From positions 1 to 36,753 of the IMG/VR virus record IMGVR_UViG_3300040985_000275: a DNA stretch of 36,753 nucleotides, one strand, 5' to 3'. Both the position numbers and the translations under genes were made by a program. Position 1 is the first letter of the stretch, and each line of letters starts with the position of its first letter. This stretch comes from a virus (lineage: Duplodnaviria > Caudoviricetes). A model generated the notes under the pieces. The model saw only the letters and a program-made list of their open reading frames with translations, ran no database searches and had not been told where the DNA came from. Shown piece by piece: positions 1-9,416 of the stretch.

Positions 1-1100
1 CAGGTATACACCCCACTCCAATTTCCAATTTGTGATGATGGTGTTTCTTGTATACTAACATAGTCAATAGTTATTGAAGATGTACTTCCTAAGATATTGT
101 CAGATATTACATCTATATTAAAAACTTCATTACCTCCTACAGAATCAAATGTAAATACTTGTTCTGTAGTTATATCCTGTCTAAGGTTTCCACTATAGGT
201 TGGCATAGAAGTGCTTTGCCCACCATAAATAGAGCCGACCTGACCTCCATACATAGCAGCACTAGCTCCTCCCAAAGGTTTGTAATAAGTTCCTTGATAA
301 GTTCCGGGATTTATACCCATAGCTATATAACTAGTTCCATTAACATCTGCACCTGCAAGTTTTATTTTCAAGGTATAATTAACCCCTGCTGTAAGCCCGG
401 TAATTCTTTGCCATACACCCGTATAACTAATGTTACCTCCTGCTCCACAAGTGTCAGACACCCCACCCCCTAATTTCATATAATTATAAGCGGCATATGT
501 GTTAGTAAGAGCAGGTGCAACTCCTGAAGTAGGGTTAAAAATTCCAAAGCCTGCATTATAGCAAACAGTATTCATACCATACCAAGCTTGGTTATTACCT
601 ACAGGAGCTAAAGCTCCTAAATAATTCATAGCATACTGACTTGCTCCGGGATAATAGTTAGCCATAGGATATCCCGTACTATTCATCCATCCGTTATTAT
701 TAGCCGCATTATGATTTCCTGTAAAATCAAAATCCTTTACATATTCAACCCCTGCATTAGTAGAGGGAAGAGTTCCGGGAAACTTAAGTTTACCCCCTGC
801 AGTAAATGGCAATGCAGTATCTCTATAAATAATGCCGCAAAAACCTGCATACGGAGGCAGACTAGATTCATAAGACCAAGGCTTAAGGTTGTTAGATATA
901 GGAACACCATTAGCTCCACTTATATTATATTTTGCAGGATTAGAAAACCCACACCCTGCCTCTCCTATATTTGAACTATAAAGATTAGAGTTAAAAGCTC
1001 CATTACCAACATTATTCTCGTCATAAAGAGCTGTTGATGGTATATATGTGTCATCATACTCTTTATCTATAATATCTATAGTTATATTTTTTTTAGCCAT
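1..1100 (-). CDS. N-terminal part of a large tail protein (~1315 aa) that continues across the circular junction into 36753..33826
   Basis: ATG at 1100 (MAKKNITIDIIDKEYDDTY...) lies just after the stop of 1102..2967. The frame appears to run open off the edge and is in phase with ORF 33826..36684 when 80 is mapped to 36753. Confidence 0.85.
   Translation of the reverse strand, partial: MAKKNITIDIIDKEYDDTYIPSTALYDENNVGNGAFNSNLYSSNIGEAGCGFSNPAKYNISGANGVPISNNLKPWSYESSLPPYAGFCGIIYRDTALPFTAGGKLKFPGTLPSTNAGVEYVKDFDFTGNHNAANNNGWMNSTGYPMANYYPGASQYAMNYLGALAPVGNNQAWYGMNTVCYNAGFGIFNPTSGVAPALTNTYAAYNYMKLGGGVSDTCGAGGNISYTGVWQRITGLTAGVNYTLKIKLAGADVNGTSYIAMGINPGTYQGTYYKPLGGASAAMYGGQVGSIYGGQSTSMPTYSGNLRQDITTEQVFTFDSVGGNEVFNIDVISDNILGSTSSITIDYVSIQETPSSQIGNWSGVYT
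4..80. repeat. 77-bp terminal direct repeat, left copy (assembly circularity overlap)
   Basis: 4-80 is identical to 36677-36753; bases 1-3 (cag) do not match 36674-36676 (ata). Confidence 0.95.
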
Positions 1101-1101
1101 A

Positions 1102-2967
1102 TTAGTTGCTTTGAGTATTGATAGGGTTAGAGTCTACAAAGTCTATTTGTATAGCAGCCAATCCTGTTGATTCGTCTAAAACAGTAGTAGAACTATTTGT
1201 TATTAATATTGGAACATAACTTACATTTCCGGGTCTAGCACGCTTGGTATCTTCAATATCTGACATATGGTCTTGACGACTATTTTCTTTTACCACCCAA
1301 ACATTAGGAGAAGTTAATAATGATTTTAACCACTTAGCTTCTGCAGAGTTTACAGGGTCAGTAAATACTGAATATGTATTATTTGCATTTACATTTAAAA
1401 CCTCTCTTTTGTGAGGGTACATATCTGCTAAAACCCTACTACTTATAGGGCTTCCAAGAGTGTCATAATCCCACAAAAACCTAGAGTATGGAGTTTGCTT
1501 TGTAATTGTATCTTGCTCTACATCTACAGATGAAGATATATTTCTTTCAGCCGTATAAGAATCAATACCTCCTTTTCTGTTTAGCCACATAAATTTTACC
1601 CCACCTTTAAATCCATCAATATCTGACCAACTAGTATTATCTATGTTTGAGTCTAACTCATAATAACGATACTCACTATTTCTAAAGCTTCCTGACGAAG
1701 TTTTTGTAAATACTGAAACTCTATAATAAGGATTAGTAGCATTAATAGGATTACTAATATAACTACCTCCGTCCCAAACTCTTGACACCGTTCCATTATT
1801 ATGTTGATTAATATACCCTACACTAACATTCTGAGCAAAGGTTCTAAATTGATTTTTACCAAACTTAAAATTAGCTGTATTACTACCTGACCTTAAGGGT
1901 CTTTGTCCTGAAGCAAAATCAACTAAATATACTGTACTTGCACCTGAAAAGTCCTTATTTGCAGAATAATCAACTCTTAATGCAAAATCAGTACAATCAT
2001 CTGTGCTGCCTGTATATGGAGTGTATTTTTGCCACCATTGCAAATAATCAGAGCTGTCGGTGGCTCTAACTTTTTTAAAATATATTTTATCAGGGTCTGC
2101 AGTTGCTCCCCCTATTCTTGCTTGACCATTAGGGCAGTCAGACATAAAGTGTCTTCCACTAGTAGTAACATTAGTTACCTCCATATTTTCCCCACCACCT
2201 CCTAAAGATTCTCTTTCTTCTACTTGAGGCGCACCATTATAAATCCAAAAAGAAGAGGTATTCCTAGACGAGGGACTCGTAGACATTTCTAAACTCCCAT
2301 CAGCAGCGTATAATTCAAATCTAGCAGTTACACTTATTCTTCTGCAAGTGCCATTTCCTTCAAAGTTAAAGGTCATCTCATTCAGTTGAGTGCTAACAAC
2401 AGTATTCATTTGCCATTGTCCATTCATTCCTCCAAAAACACCTTGAGAACCATTCATTCCCGCTTGTTGTTTACCCGTAGTGCCATCATCACTACCACCC
2501 CAACTTCCTATTCCGGGAGGAATTAAACTATAAGATAATAAATTGTTCAATATAGGTTCTAAATTTACTGTAAATCTATGACCTGTCAAAGGGGTTTCAT
2601 CTGTTTTAAATCCCTGCCATTTAACAGGAACATCTTTTGATTTTTTAATGGTACATATTTTATTCCACTCATCACCTATAACGGTTGAACTATTGTAATT
2701 ACAAGGCTGCTCATACACATCAAACAGAACATTTACTAAGTCTCCTGACACCCTCTCATTAGAGCTACCTGTTCCTTCGTGGTCTTGAAGTAGTCCTGTA
2801 TCTTTCCATAACACCTGAACATTCATATCTTGATTTGCAGACCATAATAATTGACCTACTTGTCCTCCAAAAACATCATACATTAGACCTCCTGAATTTA
2901 AAGCTTGCGTAGAGTAACTCCTAGGAGCTAAACTAAAGTATATAGAAGTATTGTTTAAAGTTGGCAT
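1102..2967 (-). CDS. Putative minor tail/tail-tip structural protein
   Basis: 621 aa; C-terminal WLNRKGGIDSY...WLKSLLTSPNVW segment typical of Bacteroidota phage tail proteins; lies in the tail cluster. Confidence 0.65.
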   Translation of the reverse strand: MPTLNNTSIYFSLAPRSYSTQALNSGGLMYDVFGGQVGQLLWSANQDMNVQVLWKDTGLLQDHEGTGSSNERVSGDLVNVLFDVYEQPCNYNSSTVIGDEWNKICTIKKSKDVPVKWQGFKTDETPLTGHRFTVNLEPILNNLLSYSLIPPGIGSWGGSDDGTTGKQQAGMNGSQGVFGGMNGQWQMNTVVSTQLNEMTFNFEGNGTCRRISVTARFELYAADGSLEMSTSPSSRNTSSFWIYNGAPQVEERESLGGGGENMEVTNVTTSGRHFMSDCPNGQARIGGATADPDKIYFKKVRATDSSDYLQWWQKYTPYTGSTDDCTDFALRVDYSANKDFSGASTVYLVDFASGQRPLRSGSNTANFKFGKNQFRTFAQNVSVGYINQHNNGTVSRVWDGGSYISNPINATNPYYRVSVFTKTSSGSFRNSEYRYYELDSNIDNTSWSDIDGFKGGVKFMWLNRKGGIDSYTAERNISSSVDVEQDTITKQTPYSRFLWDYDTLGSPISSRVLADMYPHKREVLNVNANNTYSVFTDPVNSAEAKWLKSLLTSPNVWVVKENSRQDHMSDIEDTKRARPGNVSYVPILITNSSTTVLDESTGLAAIQIDFVDSNPINTQSN

Positions 2968-2969
2968 AA

Positions 2970-4898
2970 TTAGTATATTTTGTATTTACTGTTTAAATAG
3001 TTTCTTACATATTCTTGTTCTAATAATGTTAAAACCCTATTGTATATTATTATTTCTTGTATATTTCCATCTAATTCTCCTAAATGCGTTCCATTACCTA
3101 TTTTAAAAGAAGCTTGATTATATGTTTGAGCTGTATTATAATTAGCCATAACTCCTTCCATACTTGCGGTATTATTGTATTGAAGTTTCAATGTAGCTGT
3201 TGATGAGTCTATAGACATTGTAGATATGTGGTATTTTGAAGTATCTCCATCCCATATATTTCTAGCATTCCACTCTCCAGAACTTTGAGTATCGTCAGAT
3301 ACTTGACAATAAAGAACCTCTGAAGAGCTACCTAGATTTAATCTAACATTATTGTACTCATAAGAGAAATAAGTAGATGATTCTGAATTAGGAGAGTATG
3401 CTCTAATGTTGTCGGCAGTCATACCTATCATAGTTGCGTCATTAGGGCTAGAACTAGCTAAAGATAAATCAGGAATAGTAGGGAAGGTAGCTCCATCTCC
3501 CATTCTCCACCAACCAATACTTTGATTGACCGTAGCACTTGATGTAGCAGTAATGTCAGCAGGATTTCCTGAGTTATACACTATTGTAATATCTGCTTGG
3601 GTTAATTTAGTATCCCATATAGCACATTCATCTAAATCTCCATAATATGAGTTTCCGTATCCATTACCTAAATCAAGATTAGATGTTGTAATTTGCATTC
3701 CATTGTATGTTCCTTGCATTTGTTGTGTATCTTGACTTTCTACTCCATCAATATATATTTTTAATCCTGCAGCAGTTCCACTGCCATCATATGTTCCTGC
3801 ATAATGATGCCAACTTCCTTTTTGTGCAGCAGCAAAATTAGTAACTCTAGCCAAAAGACTTCCTCCTGTTGCATTGTCATACACTCTAAAATAAATATAT
3901 CCGCTACTATATTCTGACAACAACGAATACTCTTGTTGCCCTACCTCATTTTTTTCCACCCAACCCCTCCAAGGTTGAGTAGGGTCTATATTTGCCCAAC
4001 AAGAAATACTAAACGGTTGGTCTCCCCCTGCTCCATCTGTAAAGGAGAATAATTGACCTCCTGCCCCACCTGCAGGATTTCCGCAAGTAACAACATCTCC
4101 ACCTGTTTCAAAATGAGTAGAATATTTATTAGTGAAAGCAGGCGTAACAGGTTTTGACTGAGCAACTGCAAAAGCTGTGAAGTCAGTAGTTATAGGGCTG
4201 TTAGAATCAGAAGCCATCTCATCATTTGTTCCATCAAAATTTATTCTAGTTTTATCTGCAGCTCCATCATAATTATATCTTAATGGCTGTTTTGATACAG
4301 TAGATTGAGAAATGTTATTATTATTTCCTGATTGGTCTTTCCAAGCGCTTACTCTTTTAGTTGGAGTATCGTATTCAATACCACTATCTGCCTTTAACCA
4401 TACTGCAAGATTAGGAATTTGATTAGGATAGTAATTCATAGGAACATTTCCTAATAAACATCTAGTAACCGACCTTAATGTAAAAAACATTTTAATCTGA
4501 ACTAGCCTATCATTAGCTACTTCTTTAACTCTTTCAAAATCAAGCGTTTCTTCTAAAAAGTAAATACCTACATTTGCTCCTCCCGGATTATTGTAGTGTA
4601 TCATTAAATTGTCAATCCACTCTAAAGCCAAATCCTGAAGATTATCCCATTTCTGCTCTAATGTTACTGCTTGTTGAGACGCTGTTTTGTATGTATCAAA
4701 AAAGCTTATTTCAAAATCATAAGATTCCCAACCCCCATATATCTCAGGCATTTCTGAGTTAGGAGGGTTAATCATCATATAAGGATATTGAGTATTATGT
4801 TTTTCATTAACCTCAAAGTTATATGCAAAGTCCTTATCTCCATAAGTCCATTTGCTTTTCATTGCAGCTACTATATCAGTTAATCTATTTATTGCCAT
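2970..4898 (-). CDS. Tail-associated protein: ~150-aa N-terminal domain (tail terminator-like) fused to LamG/ConA-like lectin domains
   Basis: LamG-type motifs LAVWLKAD, FSISCW, WHHYAGTYDG, LKIYIDG, GDLDECAIW, GNIQEIIIYNRVL. Confidence 0.7.
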   Translation of the reverse strand: MAINRLTDIVAAMKSKWTYGDKDFAYNFEVNEKHNTQYPYMMINPPNSEMPEIYGGWESYDFEISFFDTYKTASQQAVTLEQKWDNLQDLALEWIDNLMIHYNNPGGANVGIYFLEETLDFERVKEVANDRLVQIKMFFTLRSVTRCLLGNVPMNYYPNQIPNLAVWLKADSGIEYDTPTKRVSAWKDQSGNNNNISQSTVSKQPLRYNYDGAADKTRINFDGTNDEMASDSNSPITTDFTAFAVAQSKPVTPAFTNKYSTHFETGGDVVTCGNPAGGAGGQLFSFTDGAGGDQPFSISCWANIDPTQPWRGWVEKNEVGQQEYSLLSEYSSGYIYFRVYDNATGGSLLARVTNFAAAQKGSWHHYAGTYDGSGTAAGLKIYIDGVESQDTQQMQGTYNGMQITTSNLDLGNGYGNSYYGDLDECAIWDTKLTQADITIVYNSGNPADITATSSATVNQSIGWWRMGDGATFPTIPDLSLASSSPNDATMIGMTADNIRAYSPNSESSTYFSYEYNNVRLNLGSSSEVLYCQVSDDTQSSGEWNARNIWDGDTSKYHISTMSIDSSTATLKLQYNNTASMEGVMANYNTAQTYNQASFKIGNGTHLGELDGNIQEIIIYNRVLTLLEQEYVRNYLNSKYKIY

Positions 4899-4904
4899 TT
4901 TATT

Positions 4905-5213
4905 TTATTTTTCTGAGTGTATAGCCTCTTGCACCGCACCTTCATAATCTGCTTTTGCATTTTGCCAACTTAAATAAGTTAATATCTTATATAAGTTTGT
5001 ATTTTTAACACTATCTATTTCATTCATTCCTTTTATTGTAAAAACCTTTTCTTTTGCTAAAGCAAACAAGCTATTAAGCCACCCAAAAGGCTTTATATAT
5101 TTTTTGTAGTAGCCTTCTGAAGCTACCTTTCCTTTTATACTTCCGCCACCTCTTCTTTCTCCTCCGAATACATTGCTAAAGCGCTTGCTAATTTCTGACT
5201 TTGATTGGTCAAA
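4905..5213 (-). CDS. -1 frameshift extension of the tail assembly chaperone (fusion product ~313 aa)
   Basis: Slippery GCT TTT TTT TTG at 5221-5210. The -1 frame is open for 102 codons (FDQSKSEISKRF...FGWLNSLFALAK...LYKILTYLSW...HSEK*) and fills the gap to the next ATG at 4898. Confidence 0.75.
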   Translation of the reverse strand, partial: FDQSKSEISKRFSNVFGGERRGGGSIKGKVASEGYYKKYIKPFGWLNSLFALAKEKVFTIKGMNEIDSVKNTNLYKILTYLSWQNAKADYEGAVQEAIHSEK

Positions 5214-5845
5214 AAAAAAGCGAACTCTAATACTGTGTCCATTTTAAGCCTTCTAAAAGATTGTGTTCTTTCTTTTATTTTTTCTTCATCATATTCTTCT
5301 CCAAGTTTCCTGCAAAGAATAGCCATTTGTTGAGGTAAAACATCATAATTACCATTTGTTAATTGCTCTATATTCATTTCTAACTGAGTTGCCTCTATAT
5401 AATCTCCAAAAGTATTGTCTAATAGATTGTCCATTGGAAAATAATAAGTATCTTCTTCAAATTCAAAAGAATTTACTCCTTTTGATACATATTCATCTCT
5501 AAAAACATCCATTGCATTTAAAACCTTAGTAGCTTCCTCCATATCTACTGATTTAATATCCTCATCACTAACCTGAGCTACATACTGAAATATCTCTCTA
5601 TTCATATTGATTATATCTCTTTTTTCTAAAAAATCTAGATTAGCCTCTTTCATACTTTTAGTATAATCAGCTAAAGAGTTTTTTTCTTCATTTTCAACAA
5701 CTGTTTCAGAGAATTCTTGCTTCTTTTTGTACTTATTTATTATTCTAAATATACCGCACCAATAATTAAGAGTCATATCCTCCCAATCAGTAGGTATGTT
5801 TATCGTCTTAGTAGAATTTCCGTCAATTACATCAATTATAAGCAT
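5135..5845 (-). CDS. Putative tail assembly chaperone (short form)
   Basis: 236 aa; starts IPTDWEDMTL and ends with FAFF encoded over a 9-T run. Confidence 0.6.
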   Translation of the reverse strand: MLIIDVIDGNSTKTINIPTDWEDMTLNYWCGIFRIINKYKKKQEFSETVVENEEKNSLADYTKSMKEANLDFLEKRDIINMNREIFQYVAQVSDEDIKSVDMEEATKVLNAMDVFRDEYVSKGVNSFEFEEDTYYFPMDNLLDNTFGDYIEATQLEMNIEQLTNGNYDVLPQQMAILCRKLGEEYDEEKIKERTQSFRRLKMDTVLEFAFFLTNQSQKLASALAMYSEEKEEVAEV

Positions 5846-5849
5846 ATTT

Positions 5850-6260
5850 TTATTTTTTTATTAAATTTGTTAGCATTACCTCTAATTCTCCTAAAGCTTC
5901 TAACTCATCAAGCATTTTATTTGTCTCTGATGTTATAGATACTGTTGTTGCAAATAATTTATCAATCGCATTATCAACATCTTCTCCATTTTCATCACTT
6001 CTTATTCCAATTAAAAATCCTGTTGAAGCATACATCATTAGATTAGGAATCATATAGCACCATTCGTTAATTTCTGTAGGATTGTTAGTATATTCTTTAA
6101 ATTTGTTAGAATATCTAACAACATTTGACAAAAGGTCGTTTATTTCTGAAAATTTGCCAACATTAGCATTTTCAGTTGCTTCAAACATAATCTCTTGAAT
6201 ATCTTTGATATAGGCCTCTAAAAAACCTGCGTGCTTCTTATTTATTGCGTCTATTTTCAT
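5850..6260 (-). CDS. Hypothetical protein
   Basis: 136-aa ORF, ATG start, first gene after the promoter at 6278-6326. Confidence 0.75.
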   Translation of the reverse strand: MKIDAINKKHAGFLEAYIKDIQEIMFEATENANVGKFSEINDLLSNVVRYSNKFKEYTNNPTEINEWCYMIPNLMMYASTGFLIGIRSDENGEDVDNAIDKLFATTVSITSETNKMLDELEALGELEVMLTNLIKK

Positions 6261-6277
6261 TTATACTTATTATTTCG

Positions 6278-6326
6278 CAATAATATAAAAAAAAATCCGT
6301 ATAACTGCGAAGTTTTTAAAAGTAAC
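6278..6326 (-). promoter_or_regulatory. Putative late promoter (TATTATTG plus upstream TTCG box)
   Basis: -7-like element at 6278-6285; AAACTTCGCA box at the same 30-nt offset as at 8944, 9163 and 28773. Confidence 0.5.
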
Positions 6327-7771
6327 TACTCAAAATATAATACGCTAGCTTTATTCCACATATTTTTGTTGATTGCCATAACTAAGCAGTCCACCATATC
6401 GTCGTGTTTTGCAGCAGGAAAACGGACTAATTGATTTAAAAATTCTTCGTTCCATTTCCCTTTTAGCAAACTTACTCTACCACTCTCTAAAGAAGCGCTT
6501 ATATCTGATACTCTTGCTACCTTATCTTTAGATGGTGGCTTATCTTCTCTTACATTAAGCCCTGTTTCTTTTTTTAAGGTTTGAACTATAGATTTTCCTG
6601 AAGCTTTTGGCTCTACATATATCCTACTACTATTTGTGTAGCCGTTCTTAACAACCCATTGTGGAATAAACTTAATTAATTCAGGAAATTCCTTCCTTAC
6701 ATTAACACAATCTATAATTTGCCACATATTATCTCTAAATGTATAAGCTAGAAGTGCTGAAGGGTCATTTTTTTCATTTGCAGTATAAGCAGGGTCTATA
6801 ACAAAATTAACTACTGTTTTTTCGTCCATAAACTTAACTTTGTCAATTTTAAACCAATCTGCCTTTATCATTCCTGAATTTATAGGTGTTGGTGTCTGCA
6901 TTAGTTGTCCTGCATACCCATAACTACCTAATGCTTGCTTATAGTCGTCTAATATGCTTTTACTAAACCTATCTGTCCAAAATAACCCGTCTTTATCATA
7001 ATTACTCTCTAATGCTGTTGGTTTAACATCATTTGAAAGCTCTGCAGGTATGCAAATGTGTTTATATTTCATTCTTGACTCATTACCTATCAAAAATCCA
7101 CTTAAATCGTTCTCGTGTATTCTTTGCATAATAACTATCCTAACTCCTGTTAAGGGATTGTTAAGTCTTGAGTAAAATGTTGTTCTATACCATTCGTTAG
7201 CATTTTCTCTTTCTATTTCTGATGCTGCGTGCTGAGGAGATACAGGGTCATCTACAATTAAAAAATCACCTCCTTGACCTGTAACAGTTCCACCTACAGA
7301 AGTTGCTCTCCTTACTCCCATAAAGTTATTTTCGTATCTAGCTTTTAAGTTTTGGTCTTTTTTAATATGAAACACATCTCCCCATCTATTCTTAAACCAA
7401 TCAGAAGTTATAATATCCCTACTTCTTGTTGCGTGTTCTATAGAAAGGTCAGCAGAGTATGATGCGGTTATAAATCTAAGTTTAGGATTTCTTATCCAAG
7501 TCCAAACAGGAAACATAACTGTAACTAAAATTGACTTTGTACTACGAAATGGGATATTAATAACTATATCCTTTGTTTTTGGCTTGCCTTCGTTTATTCT
7601 TTCGGCTTCTGCTTGTAGGATATCACAAAGATACTTATGATGCCAATTAGTAGACAGAGGAATAGAAGGCTCAATAATATGCCAAGCCCTTTTAAAAAAC
7701 TCATAGAATGATAGTTCGCATAATTTTTTCTCTAAGGCTTGTTGGATAGGGTCGTTATTCTCCTTTCTCAA
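6326..7771 (-). CDS. terL: Terminase large subunit
   Basis: Walker A-like NIPFRSTKS, Walker B LIVDDP, MQRIHENDL, YAGQLMQTP, nuclease IDPA and KHDDMVD motifs. Confidence 0.95.
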   Translation of the reverse strand: MRKENNDPIQQALEKKLCELSFYEFFKRAWHIIEPSIPLSTNWHHKYLCDILQAEAERINEGKPKTKDIVINIPFRSTKSILVTVMFPVWTWIRNPKLRFITASYSADLSIEHATRSRDIITSDWFKNRWGDVFHIKKDQNLKARYENNFMGVRRATSVGGTVTGQGGDFLIVDDPVSPQHAASEIERENANEWYRTTFYSRLNNPLTGVRIVIMQRIHENDLSGFLIGNESRMKYKHICIPAELSNDVKPTALESNYDKDGLFWTDRFSKSILDDYKQALGSYGYAGQLMQTPTPINSGMIKADWFKIDKVKFMDEKTVVNFVIDPAYTANEKNDPSALLAYTFRDNMWQIIDCVNVRKEFPELIKFIPQWVVKNGYTNSSRIYVEPKASGKSIVQTLKKETGLNVREDKPPSKDKVARVSDISASLESGRVSLLKGKWNEEFLNQLVRFPAAKHDDMVDCLVMAINKNMWNKASVLYFE

Positions 7772-8153
7772 TTTCTTTTAGTTTAGCTTTAATATCTTCA
7801 ATAGTAACATCTTCATTCAAATCAATTTTTATATTTTTTGATGTGTTATCTGTTATTTCGTTTGATGATAATTTTGGAACTGTATAATTCATCAATTTTG
7901 TTATTGCACTAATATAAGCTTCAGGACTTTCGTGAAAAAGAACATCTAATGCCTGTTTGATTTTAAATGAATGACCTTCCAAAGCCCAAGCCAAAGCAGA
8001 CCTACTCATTTTTGTAATTTTGTTAGGTTCTCCTTTTTTTCTTCCATTAGGATTACTAACAGGTTGAGATTTTTTTTCTATAATTTTTGCAGGGTCAATA
8101 TTTTTTTCCATTACTTTTTTTCTAAGTAGCTTTCTTTTATTTTTTTCCTCCAT
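7755..8153 (-). CDS. Terminase small subunit (putative)
   Basis: Immediately upstream of terL; NPNGRKKGEPNKIT motif and ...PKL C-terminal segment. Confidence 0.7.
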   Translation of the reverse strand: MEEKNKRKLLRKKVMEKNIDPAKIIEKKSQPVSNPNGRKKGEPNKITKMSRSALAWALEGHSFKIKQALDVLFHESPEAYISAITKLMNYTVPKLSSNEITDNTSKNIKIDLNEDVTIEDIKAKLKEIEKGE

Positions 8154-8158
8154 ATTTA

Positions 8159-8545
8159 TTAAAGTTGTTGTATTGTATTTGCTAATTTTTCAATATACTC
8201 ATCTAGCTCATCATCTAACATTGACATTATAATATCATCATTTGTTTTATCTACAATAATTTCTTTTTCTCCATCTTCATTGTTAAATGTATAAAGAATA
8301 GTCATTTCTTCTCCTCCTTTCTTTTCTATTTTAACCTTTAATTCTCCTTCCATATGTAATGTTTCCATCATCTCCTCAGTGAAGTTGAATTGGTAATCAT
8401 ATTCTTCATCTGCAGAATATTTTTTATTTTCTTTTTCCATATAATAATCTTTATTCGCTTCTTCGCATTCTAATTTAGTAGTGTACTCACACTTACCGCT
8501 TTCTCCAAAACGCCATAATTTATTTTCACACTCTAAACAAGGCAT
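8159..8545 (-). CDS. Hypothetical protein with Cys-rich N-terminus
   Basis: MPCLECENKLWRFGESGKCEY...; tightly packed in the operon. Confidence 0.75.
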   Translation of the reverse strand: MPCLECENKLWRFGESGKCEYTTKLECEEANKDYYMEKENKKYSADEEYDYQFNFTEEMMETLHMEGELKVKIEKKGGEEMTILYTFNNEDGEKEIIVDKTNDDIIMSMLDDELDEYIEKLANTIQQL

Positions 8546-8546
8546 A

Positions 8547-8906
8547 TTATGATTGTTTACAGTCTTTATACAAAATTACAGTAATACCTACAGCTGCATT
8601 AGTAGAAACTGAAGTAAAGTCTCCCATTATTGTCTGACCACTAAGATACCTAGCGGCTATAAGTTTAGTGCAATCAGACGCTGATATATTTTTTGCTACA
8701 AGGGTTTGAAATATTAAAGCAGGTCTATTTGAAATATCTCCACTAAATAGTATATCCATTCTCCAAACATTATCTCCGTCTCCTGCAGTCCAAGTTTCGC
8801 CTCCAGATAATACTTCTATTGTTCCACATTTGCAATTTTGTTCGTATAGTAAGTCTGCACCATATATTGTTGCTGCATTATTTGTTATATTAGTTGGTTC
8901 TGACAT
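8547..8906 (-). CDS. Hypothetical protein (possibly virion component)
   Basis: 119 aa, beta-rich composition, first gene after the late-type promoter at 8944-8990. Confidence 0.7.
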   Translation of the reverse strand: MSEPTNITNNAATIYGADLLYEQNCKCGTIEVLSGGETWTAGDGDNVWRMDILFSGDISNRPALIFQTLVAKNISASDCTKLIAARYLSGQTIMGDFTSVSTNAAVGITVILYKDCKQS

Positions 8907-8943
8907 TTTATATATATTTTTTAAATTATTTTTTTCTAATGCA

Positions 8944-8990
8944 CAAATAAACGAAAATATTTTATATATCCTACGAAATTTATGGAAATC
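8944..8990 (-). promoter_or_regulatory. Putative late promoter for the terminase operon
   Basis: TTTCCATAAATTTCG box 30 nt upstream of TTTATTTG. Confidence 0.5.
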
Positions 8991-9000
8991 AGTTTTTAAC

Positions 9001-9074
9001 TATAACTATTACTATATCTATATCTATTACTATAAGGGTATAGTAAACCCTTAACCAACCCTTCATTAAGAGTT
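9001..9074. repeat. Iteron/origin-like element A
   Basis: ACTATT/CTATAT-rich tract followed by four heptamers AAGGGTA, AACCCTT, AACCCTT, AAGAGTT at 11-12-nt period; homologous to 20211-20310. Confidence 0.6.
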
Positions 9075-9118
9075 AATTATAAAATTGAATTCTTTTCCAT
9101 TTCCAAAATATATTTAGA

Positions 9119-9163
9119 TTTCCTAAAACTTCTTTGAAATATCAAATAAATACCGTACCTTTG
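9119..9163 (+). promoter_or_regulatory. Putative plus-strand late-type promoter
   Basis: TTCCTAAAACTTC, identical to the box upstream of the head operon, followed by canonical TACCTTTG at the same offset. Confidence 0.6.
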
Positions 9164-9222
9164 AAATCTAATAGGATATACTATTGCTCATATCGCAATT
9201 AGCATATCTAATACCAAAATAT

Positions 9223-9291
9223 ATGTTTAAATTCACTATAGGAAGATTAACAATACAACTATTACCTCCCAAAATAACCTTTAAATTATAA
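9223..9291 (+). CDS. 22-aa cationic peptide MFKFTIGRLTIQLLPPKITFKL
   Basis: First ATG downstream of the promoter at 9119-9163; A-rich leader; TAA stop. Confidence 0.5.
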   Translation: MFKFTIGRLTIQLLPPKITFKL

Positions 9292-9361
9292 AATTGGATT
9301 TGAATTTTGAATGTGTGTGTGTATATGGTTAAAACACCGGGGCTTTGAAATTGACGGAATT

Positions 9362-9416
9362 GCCCCTCCCCTCGCTTAAAATCGCTAAAAATCAGCCCCT
9401 CCCCTGCTGAAAATCA
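9362..9416. repeat. Direct repeats GCCCCTCCCCT(C)GCTnAAAATC x2
   Basis: Copies start at 9362 and 9395. Confidence 0.8.

Noticed and set aside
737-4171. Minus-strand ORFs 737..919 and 3986..4171
   Set aside because: Out-of-frame ORFs nested in long tail genes, with no independent support
1102-4898. Diversity-generating retroelement targeting tail proteins
   Set aside because: No reverse transcriptase and no template/variable repeat pair seen
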